From an uncultured Bacteroidales bacterium (GTDB lineage: Bacteria; Bacteroidota; Bacteroidia; Bacteroidales; P3): a stretch of DNA of 64,000 bases. Shown here in pieces: positions 1 to 9,532 of the stretch. Every line of letters begins with the position of its first letter. Position 1 is the stretch's first letter. Where the stretch lies: the NCBI GenBank assembly GCA_900316235.1, contig ONCC01000012.1, positions 15,469 to 79,468 on the forward strand. The letters are read 5' to 3'. The notes below the pieces were generated by a model, which had not been told where the DNA came from, ran no database searches, and saw only the letters and a list, made by a program, of their open reading frames with translations. A program made the translations under genes and the position numbers.

Positions 1-1038
1 TATTCCCTCCAAGTCTATGCCGATTTCTCCGGCTATACCGACATCGCCATCGGCGTGGCAATGCTCATGGGGTTCTACCTCCCCGTCAACTTCAACTCGC
101 CCTACAAGGCCCAGAATCCCACCGACTTCTGGCGTCGCTGGCACATGTCACTCTCGCGCTGGTTGCGCGATTATCTCTACATCCCCCTCGGGGGAAATCG
201 CACCTCGGGTGTTACCTCCTACGGCATCCTCTTCGTCATTCTGCTAATCGCCGCCTTCCGTTTGAAAATGACAGGCTTCACCATCGCCGTCATCGTTATT
301 ATCGCCACCATCCTACTTCTCTACCACCTCCGGCCCTCGCACCGCAAAACCCTGGGCACCAACGTCAACAATATGGACACCATGCTCCTCGGCGGTCTCT
401 GGCATGGTTCCTCCTTCAACTTCATCACATGGGGCGGCCTCAATGGTCTCGGCATCCTTGTCTACAAATGGTGGAAAGACTGCCGCTGGAGTCTCCGATT
501 CCTCGTTCTTATCCTTTTCACCTCCGTCCTCGGCATCGCCAGCCACACTACCGACCTTCCCCTTCTCAACCTCCTATACTATTGCTCCTTCACCCTCCTC
601 GTCGGCTTCCTAATAGTCTACCTCCTAGATTCAAAATTCAAAGTTCAAAATATAAAATTTTCAACTGCCTGGGCCGTCACCATTACCTTTATCTTCATCT
701 CCTTCACCCGCCTCTTCTTCCGCTCGGGATCCAACCTTGACCCTGCTGAAGCCAATGAAGTGGCCTGGAACACTGCCAGCCAGATGGTGCACCAGATAGG
801 TTCTCATTGGAACCTTTCGCAGATACTCGACATATTGAGTCATTATTCTGCCGTCTTCCTGCTCTTTGTCTTCGGCATGGTAATTCACTGGCTCCCCACT
901 CGCTTCAAGCGTCGCTACCGCCTCTGGTTCGCTTCCATGCCCTTGTGGCTTATGGCCCTCGTATGCATCCTCATGGCAGTGACACTCTATCAGTTCATCA
1001 CCGCTGACTTACAACCGTTTATCTATTTCCAATTTTAA
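1..1038 (+). CDS. MBOAT-family membrane O-acyltransferase (AlgI/DltB-like); 5' end lies outside the window
   Basis: Frame 1 is open from nt 1 ([18 protein letters not shown]) and runs into ORF 55..1038. Contains [25 protein letters not shown], the His-containing MBOAT signature. Many hydrophobic helices. Confidence 0.85.
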   Translation, partial: YSLQVYADFSGYTDIAIGVAMLMGFYLPVNFNSPYKAQNPTDFWRRWHMSLSRWLRDYLYIPLGGNRTSGVTSYGILFVILLIAAFRLKMTGFTIAVIVIIATILLLYHLRPSHRKTLGTNVNNMDTMLLGGLWHGSSFNFITWGGLNGLGILVYKWWKDCRWSLRFLVLILFTSVLGIASHTTDLPLLNLLYYCSFTLLVGFLIVYLLDSKFKVQNIKFSTAWAVTITFIFISFTRLFFRSGSNLDPAEANEVAWNTASQMVHQIGSHWNLSQILDILSHYSAVFLLFVFGMVIHWLPTRFKRRYRLWFASMPLWLMALVCILMAVTLYQFITADLQPFIYFQF

Positions 1039-1071
1039 TTTGTATAAACCGCCGACAAAAAAATTTGCAGT

Positions 1072-3078
1072 ATGAAAATAAAAGCATTCCCCTTCAGCAA
1101 CGTTTTGACAGTGCTCATCAACCTGGCACTCGTCTATGTCCTCTACATGGTCACCCGTGTAGCCTTTATCCTCGAGAACTGGAGTACCCTCTCCGTGGGC
1201 TGGGACCAACTTTCCATGGGTGAAATCCTGGCTGGCAGCCTGCGATTCGACTCCTCGGCAATCCTCTACACTAACTGCCTCTGGATTGTCCTCATGCTCT
1301 TTCCCCTCCATCTCAAGGAGCGTCCCTGGTGGCATCAGATGTGCAAATGGATTTTTGTCGTCATCAACTCTTTCTGCCTCTCTATCAACCTCGTCGACAC
1401 CGTCTATTCCCAGTTTACCGGCCGTCGCACCACCGCCACTTTCTTCTCCGAGTTCTCCAATGAAGGCAACCTCGGCGGTATCTTCTTCACCGAACTCATA
1501 AACCATTGGTATCTCCTTCTCCTCGGACTGACCCTCATCGCCGCCCTCTGGTTCCTCTATGTTAAACCCGACAATAGTCCTCTAAACCATTCCGTTTCCC
1601 AATCGCTCAGCCACACCAAACTCAAATACTACCTCGCCACCTCCCTAGGCCTTATTGTCGCCATTCCATTCTCCATCTTTGCCATGCGCGGAGGCTTCAC
1701 TGGCAGCACGCGTCCCATCACCATCTCCAATGCCAACCAATATGTCCACTCGCCTCAGCAGGCCTCTATCGTCCTCAACACCCCCTTCTCCATCATCCGC
1801 ACCATCGGCAAACATCCTTTCAAAGATCCTAAATACATGCCCGAAGAGCAACTCGCCACCATCTACACCCCCCTCCACATCCCTTCTCCTGCCGACACTA
1901 TTCCCATGGTCTCAGGGCAGAAAAATGTCATGGTCATCATCCTCGAGAGTTTCTCACGCGAATATTTCGGCTATTATAACCAAGCTCTCCGCCAGTCGCA
2001 TCCCGATTTTGTCAGCTACACTCCCTTCCTCGACTCGCTGCTCGAACACTCGTTGACCTTCGAGCACACCTTCGCCAATGGCCGCAAAAGCATCGACGCC
2101 ATGCCCTCGTCTCTCTCCTCGGTGCCCTTCTTCATCGAGCCCTTCATTCTTACTCCCTCATCGCTCAACGACCTTAGCGGACTCGCCGACTGCCTCGGGC
2201 AGAAAGGCTACCACTCCGCCTTCTTCCACGGCGCCCCCAACTCCTCCATGGGCTTCCAAGCCTTTGCCCGCTCATCGGGATTCAAACAATACATCGGCAT
2301 GTCTGAATACTGCGACGACCCGCGCACCGGTGGCCGGGATGACTTCGACGGACACTGGGCCATCTGGGACGAGGACTTCCTCCAGTTCACTGCCACGGCC
2401 ATCACCGAGCGCCTTGAGGAGCCCTTCGTGGTCGGATTCTTCTCTGCCACCTCACACCACCCCTTCAACGTCCCACAGCGCTATGAGGACGTCTACCTCG
2501 GTGGTCCTCTCCCCATCCACCGCACCATCCAGTACAGCGACAACGCCCTGCGCCACTTCTTCGCCACCGCCAGTCAGCAGCCTTGGTTCAAAAACACCCT
2601 CTTCGTCTTCACCGCCGACCACACCTCGCGCCACCAATACGACGAGAGCCATACCTCTGTTGGCGTTTTCTCCATTCCCATCGCCATCTATGACCCCTCC
2701 GGAGAACTCCCCACCGGCATGCTCCCGGGCGTCATGCAACAGATAGACATCATGCCCTCCGTACTTCGTATCCTTGGATACGACCAGCCTTTCTCGGCTT
2801 TCGGAAAGAATGTCTTCGATCCCAATGAGACCCCTTGGGCCGTCAACTTCAGCAACGACATCTACCAATATATCGAAGGAGACTACACCCTACTCTTCGA
2901 CGGTGAGCAGCCCACGGGCCTCTACAACTATGTCCTCGATCCGCTGCAGAACAACGACCTCCTGAAATCCGAACCCCAACGGGTCAACGCCATGCTCACA
3001 CGCCTCAAGGCTATCGTACAGACCTATATGATTCGTATGACCACCAATCACCTCGTCATCCGTCCTGGAGACCTCTGA
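1072..3078 (+). CDS. LTA-synthase / sulfatase-like (alkaline-phosphatase superfamily) membrane protein
   Basis: 668 aa. N-terminal multi-TM region followed by a sulfatase-type domain (MVIILESFSREYFG, FHGAPNSSMGF, FVFTADHT). Confidence 0.75.
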   Translation: MKIKAFPFSNVLTVLINLALVYVLYMVTRVAFILENWSTLSVGWDQLSMGEILAGSLRFDSSAILYTNCLWIVLMLFPLHLKERPWWHQMCKWIFVVINSFCLSINLVDTVYSQFTGRRTTATFFSEFSNEGNLGGIFFTELINHWYLLLLGLTLIAALWFLYVKPDNSPLNHSVSQSLSHTKLKYYLATSLGLIVAIPFSIFAMRGGFTGSTRPITISNANQYVHSPQQASIVLNTPFSIIRTIGKHPFKDPKYMPEEQLATIYTPLHIPSPADTIPMVSGQKNVMVIILESFSREYFGYYNQALRQSHPDFVSYTPFLDSLLEHSLTFEHTFANGRKSIDAMPSSLSSVPFFIEPFILTPSSLNDLSGLADCLGQKGYHSAFFHGAPNSSMGFQAFARSSGFKQYIGMSEYCDDPRTGGRDDFDGHWAIWDEDFLQFTATAITERLEEPFVVGFFSATSHHPFNVPQRYEDVYLGGPLPIHRTIQYSDNALRHFFATASQQPWFKNTLFVFTADHTSRHQYDESHTSVGVFSIPIAIYDPSGELPTGMLPGVMQQIDIMPSVLRILGYDQPFSAFGKNVFDPNETPWAVNFSNDIYQYIEGDYTLLFDGEQPTGLYNYVLDPLQNNDLLKSEPQRVNAMLTRLKAIVQTYMIRMTTNHLVIRPGDL

Positions 3079-3125
3079 AAAGAATCAGAAATATAAAATT
3101 ATATTTCTATTTAAAAAAAAGTTTG

Positions 3126-3133
3126 TATTTTTG
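3126..3133 (+). promoter_or_regulatory. Bacteroidota sigma-A -7 box (TATTTTTG)
   Basis: Exact match to the TAnnTTTG consensus, 22 nt upstream of ATG 3155. Confidence 0.45.
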
Positions 3134-3154
3134 CACTCTCAAATCGGTATAAAA

Positions 3155-3430
3155 ATGAGTCATAAGACCGCAATAAAATTATATGAAATAGCCTCCTACG
3201 TGCTGATTCTCGGTGCCACGGTAGTCTATTTTATGCTGAAAAACAGTGAGACACCGGGCCTCAGCCTCTCGCTGACGATGATTCTCGTGGCCCTGGCCAT
3301 CGCCATGCGCTGGATGATGGAACGCCACCGCTTCCGCGCCTGCGAGGAGGAACTCGACCAACTCAAGGACGACCTCCGCCGCCTCACACAGCTCTATGCC
3401 GAAGAAAAAAAGAAAAATAGTAATAATTAA
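3155..3430 (+). CDS. small membrane protein, hypothetical
   Basis: First ATG ([11 protein letters not shown]) inside track ORF 3131..3430. Two hydrophobic helices then a charged coiled tail. A -7 box at 3126 would place the TTG at 3131 upstream of the transcript. Confidence 0.45.
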   Translation: MSHKTAIKLYEIASYVLILGATVVYFMLKNSETPGLSLSLTMILVALAIAMRWMMERHRFRACEEELDQLKDDLRRLTQLYAEEKKKNSNN

Positions 3431-3447
3431 ATAAACAACAAGTATTT

Positions 3448-4011
3448 ATGGCAACAACCACTGACATTAAGAACGGACTTTGCATCAATTTCAACAACGA
3501 CATCTACACCATCGTTGAATTCCTCCACGTGAAACCCGGCAAAGGTGCCGCCTTCGTGCGTACCAAAATGCGCAATGTGAAGACTGGCCGCATGCTCGAG
3601 AACACTTTCCCCAGCGGTGCCAAGATTGACATCGTCCGCGTGGAACGCCGCCCCTACACCTACCTCTACAAGGAGGGCGACATGCATGTCTTCATGCACA
3701 CCGAGACCTACGAGCAGATCTACATCCCCGAGCAGATTATCAACGCCCCGCAGTTCCTTAAGGACGGCCAGTATGTTGAAATCACCGTCGAGGCCGACAC
3801 CGAGACCCCGCTGACTTGCGAGCTGCCCCCGTTCATCGAAACCGTCGTCACCTACACCGAGCCCGGTTTCGCCGGCAACACCGCCACCAACGCCATGAAG
3901 GACGCCACCGTCGAACCTGGCGTGCAAGTCCGCGTCCCCCTCTTCATCAAAGAAGGCGAGCGCATCAAAGTCGACACCCGTACCTGCGAATATGCAGAGC
4001 GCTTGAAATAA
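3448..4011 (+). CDS. efp: elongation factor P
   Basis: 187 aa. Has [42 protein letters not shown] with the conserved PGKG loop; full-length EF-P architecture. Confidence 0.95.
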   Translation: MATTTDIKNGLCINFNNDIYTIVEFLHVKPGKGAAFVRTKMRNVKTGRMLENTFPSGAKIDIVRVERRPYTYLYKEGDMHVFMHTETYEQIYIPEQIINAPQFLKDGQYVEITVEADTETPLTCELPPFIETVVTYTEPGFAGNTATNAMKDATVEPGVQVRVPLFIKEGERIKVDTRTCEYAERLK

Positions 4012-4023
4012 ACATAGTTAAAA

Positions 4024-5019
4024 GTGAAACGACTTGCTTTTATTGCAGCCTGCTTGCTTGTGCTGGCAGGCTGCAATCACAAACCCCAGGAGGCTTCCGA
4101 AACCTCCAGCACCATCGACTACACACAGGTAGCGGTACCTGACTTCTCAGCCGACAGCGCCTATGCATTCGTTGAGCATCAGCTCTCCTTCGGCAACCGC
4201 ATCCCCGGCAGCAAAGGATGGAGCCAGTGCGCCCAATGGCTGGAAGCACAGATGCGCCGCTGGTGCGACACCGTTATCGTGCAGGACTTCACCGCCACCT
4301 TGTGGGACAACAGCACGGTACCCGGAAAGAACATCATTGCCTCGCTCAATCCCACGGCCGACCGCCGCGTGCTGCTGGCCGCCCACTGGGACAGCCGCTC
4401 CTGGGCCGACCACGACCCCAACGATGACCTCCACCACAGCCCCGTCCCGGGTGCCAACGACGGTGCCTCGGGAGTCGCCGTTCTCATGGAGATGGCCCGC
4501 GTCATGAGCCTGATGCCGCCCTCGGTGGGAGTCGACTTCATCTTCTTTGACGTCGAAGATCAAGGCGCTCCTTCCTGGAGCGAAGTCTACGATGAGGACA
4601 CCTGGTGCAAGGGCTCCCAATACTGGGCGCGGAACCGCCATGTACCCTACTACACCGCCGTCTACGGCGTCCTGTTCGACATGGTGGGCACCCTCCACCC
4701 CCGCTTCACCAAGGAACAAATCAGCCGCAACTTCGCCCCCGGCCTAACTGACAAACTGTGGCGCGCCGCCGATGCCCTCGGCTACGGAAATATTTTTGTC
4801 AGCCAGGATACCGACCCCATCCTCGACGACCACTACTACGTCAACCGCCTGGCCGGCATTCCCATGGTAGACATCGTGCAGAACAGCGGCACCACCAGCT
4901 TCTTCGAGCACTGGCACACCACCACCGACGACCTCGCCGCCGTCAGCAAGGAAAGCCTCCTCACCGTGGCTTTGGTCACCATGAAAACCATCTATGGAGA
5001 TTATCAGCATGAAAAATAG
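4024..5019 (+). CDS. M28-family lipoprotein, likely glutaminyl-peptide cyclotransferase (type II QC)
   Basis: Lipobox LLVLAGC. Metal/active-site blocks AAHWDS, GANDGASGVAVLME, FIFFDVEDQG and HWHTTTDD resemble the animal-type QCs described in Porphyromonas and Prevotella. Confidence 0.65.
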   Translation: MKRLAFIAACLLVLAGCNHKPQEASETSSTIDYTQVAVPDFSADSAYAFVEHQLSFGNRIPGSKGWSQCAQWLEAQMRRWCDTVIVQDFTATLWDNSTVPGKNIIASLNPTADRRVLLAAHWDSRSWADHDPNDDLHHSPVPGANDGASGVAVLMEMARVMSLMPPSVGVDFIFFDVEDQGAPSWSEVYDEDTWCKGSQYWARNRHVPYYTAVYGVLFDMVGTLHPRFTKEQISRNFAPGLTDKLWRAADALGYGNIFVSQDTDPILDDHYYVNRLAGIPMVDIVQNSGTTSFFEHWHTTTDDLAAVSKESLLTVALVTMKTIYGDYQHEK

Positions 5020-5416
5020 CGTGCTATTTTTCATGCTGTTTTTCCTCTTTGCCTGCAGCAAAGACAACACCTGCGACACCCCCTTCGGCGACGGGGCGCA
5101 GATTGACATCAACATGCCCGACTTCGCCGCCCTGCAGACCGTGGGAGGCACAGTTACCGTCAACCGAGGATACAAAGGCATCTTCGTCCGCCGCGTCAGC
5201 TATGGCGAGTTCGTGGCCTTCGAGTGTGCCTGTCCCCATTGCCACGACGAGCGCTTGCTGCCCCTCGAAGGATGGGCGGGCGCGGTGCTGGAATGTCCCT
5301 CATGCCATTCACTCTTCGAGACCGAATACGGCAATCCCCTCGAGGGTGCCGCCACCTCGTGTCCCCTCTACCAATACTACACCCAGTTCGACGGGTATAT
5401 CCTAAGCATCTATTAG
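5009..5416 (+). CDS. Cys-rich lipoprotein with two CPxCH knuckles (zinc-ribbon or Rieske-like), hypothetical
   Basis: Start chosen at MKNSVLFFMLFFLFACSKD (lipobox) inside track ORF 4994..5416. Has CPHCH-x17-CPSCH. Confidence 0.5.
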   Translation: MKNSVLFFMLFFLFACSKDNTCDTPFGDGAQIDINMPDFAALQTVGGTVTVNRGYKGIFVRRVSYGEFVAFECACPHCHDERLLPLEGWAGAVLECPSCHSLFETEYGNPLEGAATSCPLYQYYTQFDGYILSIY

Positions 5417-5494
5417 AGGAGCTAACACTTTATATCATTGACCTTCAGAAACAGATTGATGCACTGAAGTCAAAAACAGTAAAATGATGTAACG

Positions 5495-6055
5495 ATGAGA
5501 ATGTCATTATTAATCCTATACTTGTTCTTGGGCTCTGTAAGTTTATTTGTGGTAAGTTGTTCGAACAAAGAAGATAATTGTTCTATCAACCCCAATACTG
5601 GAGGGGAAGTGTTACCTGACGAGTGTTTTGATTGTGAATGGTACGCTCCTGAGTCAGCCACATTATCTAACATGGGCTATAGCACCGTTGAGCAAGCCAG
5701 AAACTGTTTCGCATGCCATAGAGAGACACTAAAAGAACATCAAGGTGATACTCTCATGTTGACTGGCTGGCTCTGCTGGGGCTCGACAACATGGGTCCCA
5801 GACTATATGAACGGCTCTGCCAATAATTTTGTCTATTGCACTGACAGGGAAGACCATTTGGATGAGAGCATTCATACGTTCACCGTAACCTTAAATCCAG
5901 ATTTAAAAGCAAAATTTCAAGAGAATTACGAACAATTACTACAGGAAAAATGGTTCATTATTGGAATTTTAAAAGCACATGATCTTCATACTGGAGGATG
6001 CTGCTCCGTAGTTCCTGTCCTGGATGCATTAGAGTTTATGACAGTAAATATTTAA
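5495..6055 (+). CDS. hypothetical Cys-rich lipoprotein in a low-G+C patch
   Basis: 186 aa. Signal peptide plus lipobox (LFVVSC). Contains CFACH (CxxCH). Visibly AT-richer than the flanking genes. Confidence 0.5.
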   Translation: MRMSLLILYLFLGSVSLFVVSCSNKEDNCSINPNTGGEVLPDECFDCEWYAPESATLSNMGYSTVEQARNCFACHRETLKEHQGDTLMLTGWLCWGSTTWVPDYMNGSANNFVYCTDREDHLDESIHTFTVTLNPDLKAKFQENYEQLLQEKWFIIGILKAHDLHTGGCCSVVPVLDALEFMTVNI

Positions 6056-6059
6056 AACC

Positions 6060-6143
6060 ATGAAAAAATTGCTTTGTATACTTTTGGTTGCGCTAGGAAC
6101 GACAAACCATGCTTTTTCACAAAATCAGCAGATTCGCAAGTGA
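6060..6143 (+). pseudogene. orphan signal-peptide remnant (27 codons), probable truncated secreted-protein gene
   Basis: ATG 6060 encodes MKKLLCILLVALGTTNHAFSQNQQIRK, then TGA TAA. This is a complete signal peptide with an AFS-Q cleavage site but no mature domain. Confidence 0.35.
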
Positions 6144-6195
6144 TAAAGAAGTTGTTTTCTCACAACAATACTCCATTAGTCCTCTGGTTCATAAT

Positions 6196-6227
6196 AAAGA
6201 AGGCGTCTCGATCGAGACGCCTTCTTT
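6196..6227. terminator. bidirectional stem-loop terminator
   Basis: Perfect 14-bp stem AAAGAAGGCGTCTC / GAGACGCCTTCTTT with loop GATC. T-rich on the + side. Abuts the ribBA stop codon (6228-6230). Confidence 0.7.
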
Positions 6228-7439
6228 TTATTTCAGGTGGAGCTCATGCCCCATGCGGTCCTGCTTGGTCTTGAGATACCGTTCGTTGTATTTGTTGGGC
6301 TCAATGACGATGGGGATAATCTCGGTGACTTCGAGGCCGTAGCCTTCCAGGCCGGTGCGCTTCACGGGGTTGTTGGTGATGAGGCGCATCTTGGTGACCT
6401 TCTGGTCGCGGAGAATCTGGGCGCCGATGCCGTAGTCGCGCTCGTCGGCCTTGAAGCCCAACTTGAGGTTGGCGTCGACGGTGTCGAGACCCATCTCTTG
6501 CAAGTGGTAGGCCTTGAGTTTGTTCACCAGACCAATACCGCGTCCCTCCTGGCTCATGTAGGCAATGAGTCCTTTGCCCTCACGCTCAATCATTTGCATA
6601 GCGTGATGCAGCTGGTCGCCGCAGTCGCATTTGCAGGAGCCAAAGATGTCTCCCGTGGCGCAACTCGAGTGGACACGCACCAGCACGGGCTCTCCTTCCT
6701 GCCACTCACCTTTTTTGAGCACCATGTGGGTGTTGCCGTTGTCAAGCTGGGTGTAGGCGATGAGTTGGAAGTTGCCCCACTGCGTGGGCAGGAACACCTC
6801 CTGCTCCTTACGGATGAGTGTCTCGTGAGCCACGCGGTAGGCGATGAGGTCCTTGATAGTCACTATCTTGAGGCCAAACTTCTTGGCCACCTCCTGCAAC
6901 TGGGGCATGCGGGCCATAGTGCCGTCGTCGTTGATAATCTCGATGAGGGCACCGGCGGGATAGAGTCCGGCGAGGCGGGCCAGGTCGACAGCCGCCTCGG
7001 TGTGGCCGGCACGGACGAGCACGCCGCCGTTGCGGGCGCGCAGAGGGTTGATGTGGCCAGGACGGCCCAGCTGGTCGGCCTTCGTCTTGGGATCGGCCAA
7101 GGCGCGGATGGTGCTGGCACGGTCGTGCATGCTGACACCGGTGGTGCAGCCATCTTCCAGATTGTCAACAGTAACCGTGAAGGGGGTACCAAGGAGCGAG
7201 GTGTTGTCGTGCACCTGCATGTCGAGCTGCAGCTCGTGGCAGCGCTCCTCAGTGATGGGGGCGCAGAGCACACCGCGGCCATTCTTGAGCATGAAATTGA
7301 CATGCTCGGGGGTAATCTTTTCGGCAGCCATGATAAAGTCGCCCTCGTTCTCGCGGTCTTCATCGTCGACAACAATCACAAACTTGCCCTCGCGGAAGTC
7401 CTCGATGGCCTCTTCTATAGTATTGAGTTTGAATTCCAT
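6228..7439 (-). CDS. ribBA: bifunctional 3,4-dihydroxy-2-butanone-4-phosphate synthase / GTP cyclohydrolase II
   Basis: 403 aa. N-terminal DHBP synthase block ([18 protein letters not shown]), C-terminal GCH-II block ([28 protein letters not shown]). Confidence 0.95.
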   Translation of the reverse strand: MEFKLNTIEEAIEDFREGKFVIVVDDEDRENEGDFIMAAEKITPEHVNFMLKNGRGVLCAPITEERCHELQLDMQVHDNTSLLGTPFTVTVDNLEDGCTTGVSMHDRASTIRALADPKTKADQLGRPGHINPLRARNGGVLVRAGHTEAAVDLARLAGLYPAGALIEIINDDGTMARMPQLQEVAKKFGLKIVTIKDLIAYRVAHETLIRKEQEVFLPTQWGNFQLIAYTQLDNGNTHMVLKKGEWQEGEPVLVRVHSSCATGDIFGSCKCDCGDQLHHAMQMIEREGKGLIAYMSQEGRGIGLVNKLKAYHLQEMGLDTVDANLKLGFKADERDYGIGAQILRDQKVTKMRLITNNPVKRTGLEGYGLEVTEIIPIVIEPNKYNERYLKTKQDRMGHELHLK

Positions 7440-7469
7440 AGGTATCTATTGTTTATTTTTTCACTGGTG

Positions 7470-7477
7470 CAAAGGTA
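7470..7477 (-). promoter_or_regulatory. -7 box (TACCTTTG on the minus strand) for ribBA
   Basis: Plus strand reads CAAAGGTA, 31 nt upstream of the ribBA ATG (7439). Confidence 0.45.
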
Positions 7478-7689
7478 CACAAAATTCTCGATACAAATGC
7501 AAGTGTCACGAAAGCTTTTTTACAATCGCACGCATTACCACCCCCTTTCCATTGTCCATTTCATGTTCCAATCCCATCATCATTTAACATTTATTAAGTT
7601 AATATTTCAACACTATGACCTCCGGGATTACCATTTTTTTCAAAGAATACCCGATTTCTAGCTTAATTCACTCTACCTGATAGCAATGA

Positions 7690-7795
7690 ACAACCTACCA
7701 TCTCCTTACCAACTCCCTACCAACTCCTACCGCAGTAGGTGTTGATAGGGTTATTATAGGGTTTTTGTTATTAACAATTGTTAACATTTATATTC
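7690..7795. repeat. CCTACC-decamer/palindrome intergenic repeat element, copy A
   Basis: CCTACCATCTCCTTACCAACTCCCTACCAACTCCTACC-GCA-GTAGGTGTTGATAGGGTTATTATAGGG followed by TTAACATTTAT. Same core as the copies at 27191, 39071 and 59341. An extra TTTAACATTTATTAAG box lies at 7583-7598. Confidence 0.8.
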
Positions 7796-7841
7796 GACGT
7801 GAAATGATAAAATAAAATTTGGCCGTATGGGGAAAAATGAG

Positions 7842-7849
7842 TATTTTTG
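7842..7849 (+). promoter_or_regulatory. -7 box (TATTTTTG) with -33 TTTG for dapB
   Basis: TATTTTTG sits 28 nt before ATG 7877. TTTG at 7818-7821 gives a 20-nt spacer, matching the Bacteroides consensus geometry. Confidence 0.55.
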
Positions 7850-7876
7850 CAGTTTCGTTTTTAGAAGAGAAAGACA

Positions 7877-8548
7877 ATGAAGATTGCACTGATAGGATAC
7901 GGGAAGATGGGTCACGCCATTGAGACTCTGGCCGCTGAGCGTGGTCACAAGGTCACTACTAAGATTGACAAGGACGAGCCCTGGCCCGCGAAAATAGATG
8001 CCGATGTGGCGATAGAGTTCACCACGCCTGCCACAGCGACAGCCAACATGCTGCGCTGCCTGGAGGCCGGTGTGCCGGTGGTGTGTGGTACCACGGGCTG
8101 GTATAGCGACTATGAGAGGGTCACCGCCGAGTGCAAGAAGCTGAAAGGCAGGCTTTTCACAGCCACCAACTTCAGCATCGGGATGAACATCATGTTTGCA
8201 TTGAATGAGCGTTTGGCCAACTTGATGCGTGGCCGCGACGACTACAAAGTGTCCATCAGCGAGACCCACCATATCCACAAGCTCGACGCCCCAAGCGGCA
8301 CGGCCATCACGCTGCAGGAGCAGATAGTGGAGGCTGGAAAAAGGAAGGTGGAGAGTATCCCCATCACTTCCTACCGCGAGGGCGAGGTACCAGGAATCCA
8401 TACGGTGGTCTACGACAGTGAGATAGACACCATCACCCTGACCCACGAGGCGCACTCGCGCAAGGGTCTGGCCTTGGGGGCATTGCTGGCGGCCGAGTTT
8501 CTGGCCAAAGCCGAACCGGGTGTGTATACGATGAAAGATATCTTGTAA
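7877..8548 (+). CDS. dapB: 4-hydroxy-tetrahydrodipicolinate reductase
   Basis: 223 aa. N-terminal MKIALIGYGKMG Rossmann motif and the DapB signature ETHHIHKLDAPSGTA. Confidence 0.9.
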   Translation: MKIALIGYGKMGHAIETLAAERGHKVTTKIDKDEPWPAKIDADVAIEFTTPATATANMLRCLEAGVPVVCGTTGWYSDYERVTAECKKLKGRLFTATNFSIGMNIMFALNERLANLMRGRDDYKVSISETHHIHKLDAPSGTAITLQEQIVEAGKRKVESIPITSYREGEVPGIHTVVYDSEIDTITLTHEAHSRKGLALGALLAAEFLAKAEPGVYTMKDIL

Positions 8549-8554
8549 AGGTTA

Positions 8555-9532
8555 ATGGTTAACGAAAGAAGATCGGGAAGAGCCAATCCGTGGGTGCTGC
8601 TGGGTCTCAGCGTGTTGCTGGTGGCCACGATGGCTGTCAGTTGCCTTTTTGGAGCTGTCGACTTTACGTGGGATGAGATTGGAAACTCACAGATTTTCTG
8701 GCAACTGCGCCTACCGAGGGTCATTATGGGAGCCTTGGTGGGGGCGGTGCTGAGTGTGTGCGGCGCAGCCTACCAAAGCATCTTCCGCAACCCGCTGACC
8801 GACCCCTACGTGCTGGGCGTCAGCAGCGGAGCTTCACTGGGCGCCGCAGTAGCCATCCTGCTTGGACTCGAGGCTTTCCTCTGGGGTGTGGGCGGCATGG
8901 CGCTGGCGGCGGCACTGCTCACAGTGCTGCTCATCTACAAGATAGCTTCCATCGGCAACCGCATGCACACCACCACGCTGCTACTCACAGGCGTATGCCT
9001 TACGCTGCTCATCTCGGCCGTCATCTCATTCCTCATGGTGCTCAACCAGGAGAAGATGGACAGCATCATCTTCTGGACCATGGGCTCGTTTGGCAGTTCA
9101 GCGTGGACCGACGTGTGGATGCTACTGCCGGTAGCCGCGGTGGGCATAGGCGTAGTGCTGTGGTACTCAAGGGATTTGAACCTGCTGCTGGCCGGCAGTG
9201 AGGCGGCGCAGAGCATGGGCTGCGAGGTGGAGAAGGTGAAGCGGGTGCTGCTGCTGGCGACCACCCTGATGGTGGCCTTTGCCGTGAGCTCTTGCGGCGT
9301 GATAGGCTTTGTGGGACTGATAGTTCCGCATGCCGTACGTTTGGTGGCGGGACCCGACAACCGGAGGGTAGTGCCCTACGCGATGCTATGTGGCGCCATA
9401 TTCGTGCTGCTGTGCGATACATTGGCACGCACGGTATTGAGGCCCAGCGAACTGCCTGTGGGTTCGTTGACCTCGATGGTGGGCGCCCCGCTGTTCATCT
9501 ATTTGTTGTACAAAAATAAGAAAACATACTAG
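8555..9532 (+). CDS. FecCD/BtuC-family ABC transporter permease (iron-chelate or cobalamin type)
   Basis: 325 aa polytopic protein with LRLPRVIMGALVGAVLSVCGAAYQSIFRNPLTDPYVLGVSSGASLG, typical of FecCD permeases. Confidence 0.9.
   Translation: MVNERRSGRANPWVLLGLSVLLVATMAVSCLFGAVDFTWDEIGNSQIFWQLRLPRVIMGALVGAVLSVCGAAYQSIFRNPLTDPYVLGVSSGASLGAAVAILLGLEAFLWGVGGMALAAALLTVLLIYKIASIGNRMHTTTLLLTGVCLTLLISAVISFLMVLNQEKMDSIIFWTMGSFGSSAWTDVWMLLPVAAVGIGVVLWYSRDLNLLLAGSEAAQSMGCEVEKVKRVLLLATTLMVAFAVSSCGVIGFVGLIVPHAVRLVAGPDNRRVVPYAMLCGAIFVLLCDTLARTVLRPSELPVGSLTSMVGAPLFIYLLYKNKKTY

Noticed and set aside
7440-7700. Expected an FMN riboswitch upstream of ribBA.
   Set aside because: The minus-strand leader is only about 30 nt from the -7 box to the ATG. 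The upstream DNA is AT-rich and has none of the conserved FMN-element GC-rich helices that I can recognise.
8549-8560. Possible cobalamin or other riboswitch in front of the BtuC/FecCD-like permease.
   Set aside because: The permease ATG is 6 nt after the dapB stop codon, so there is no room for a leader element.
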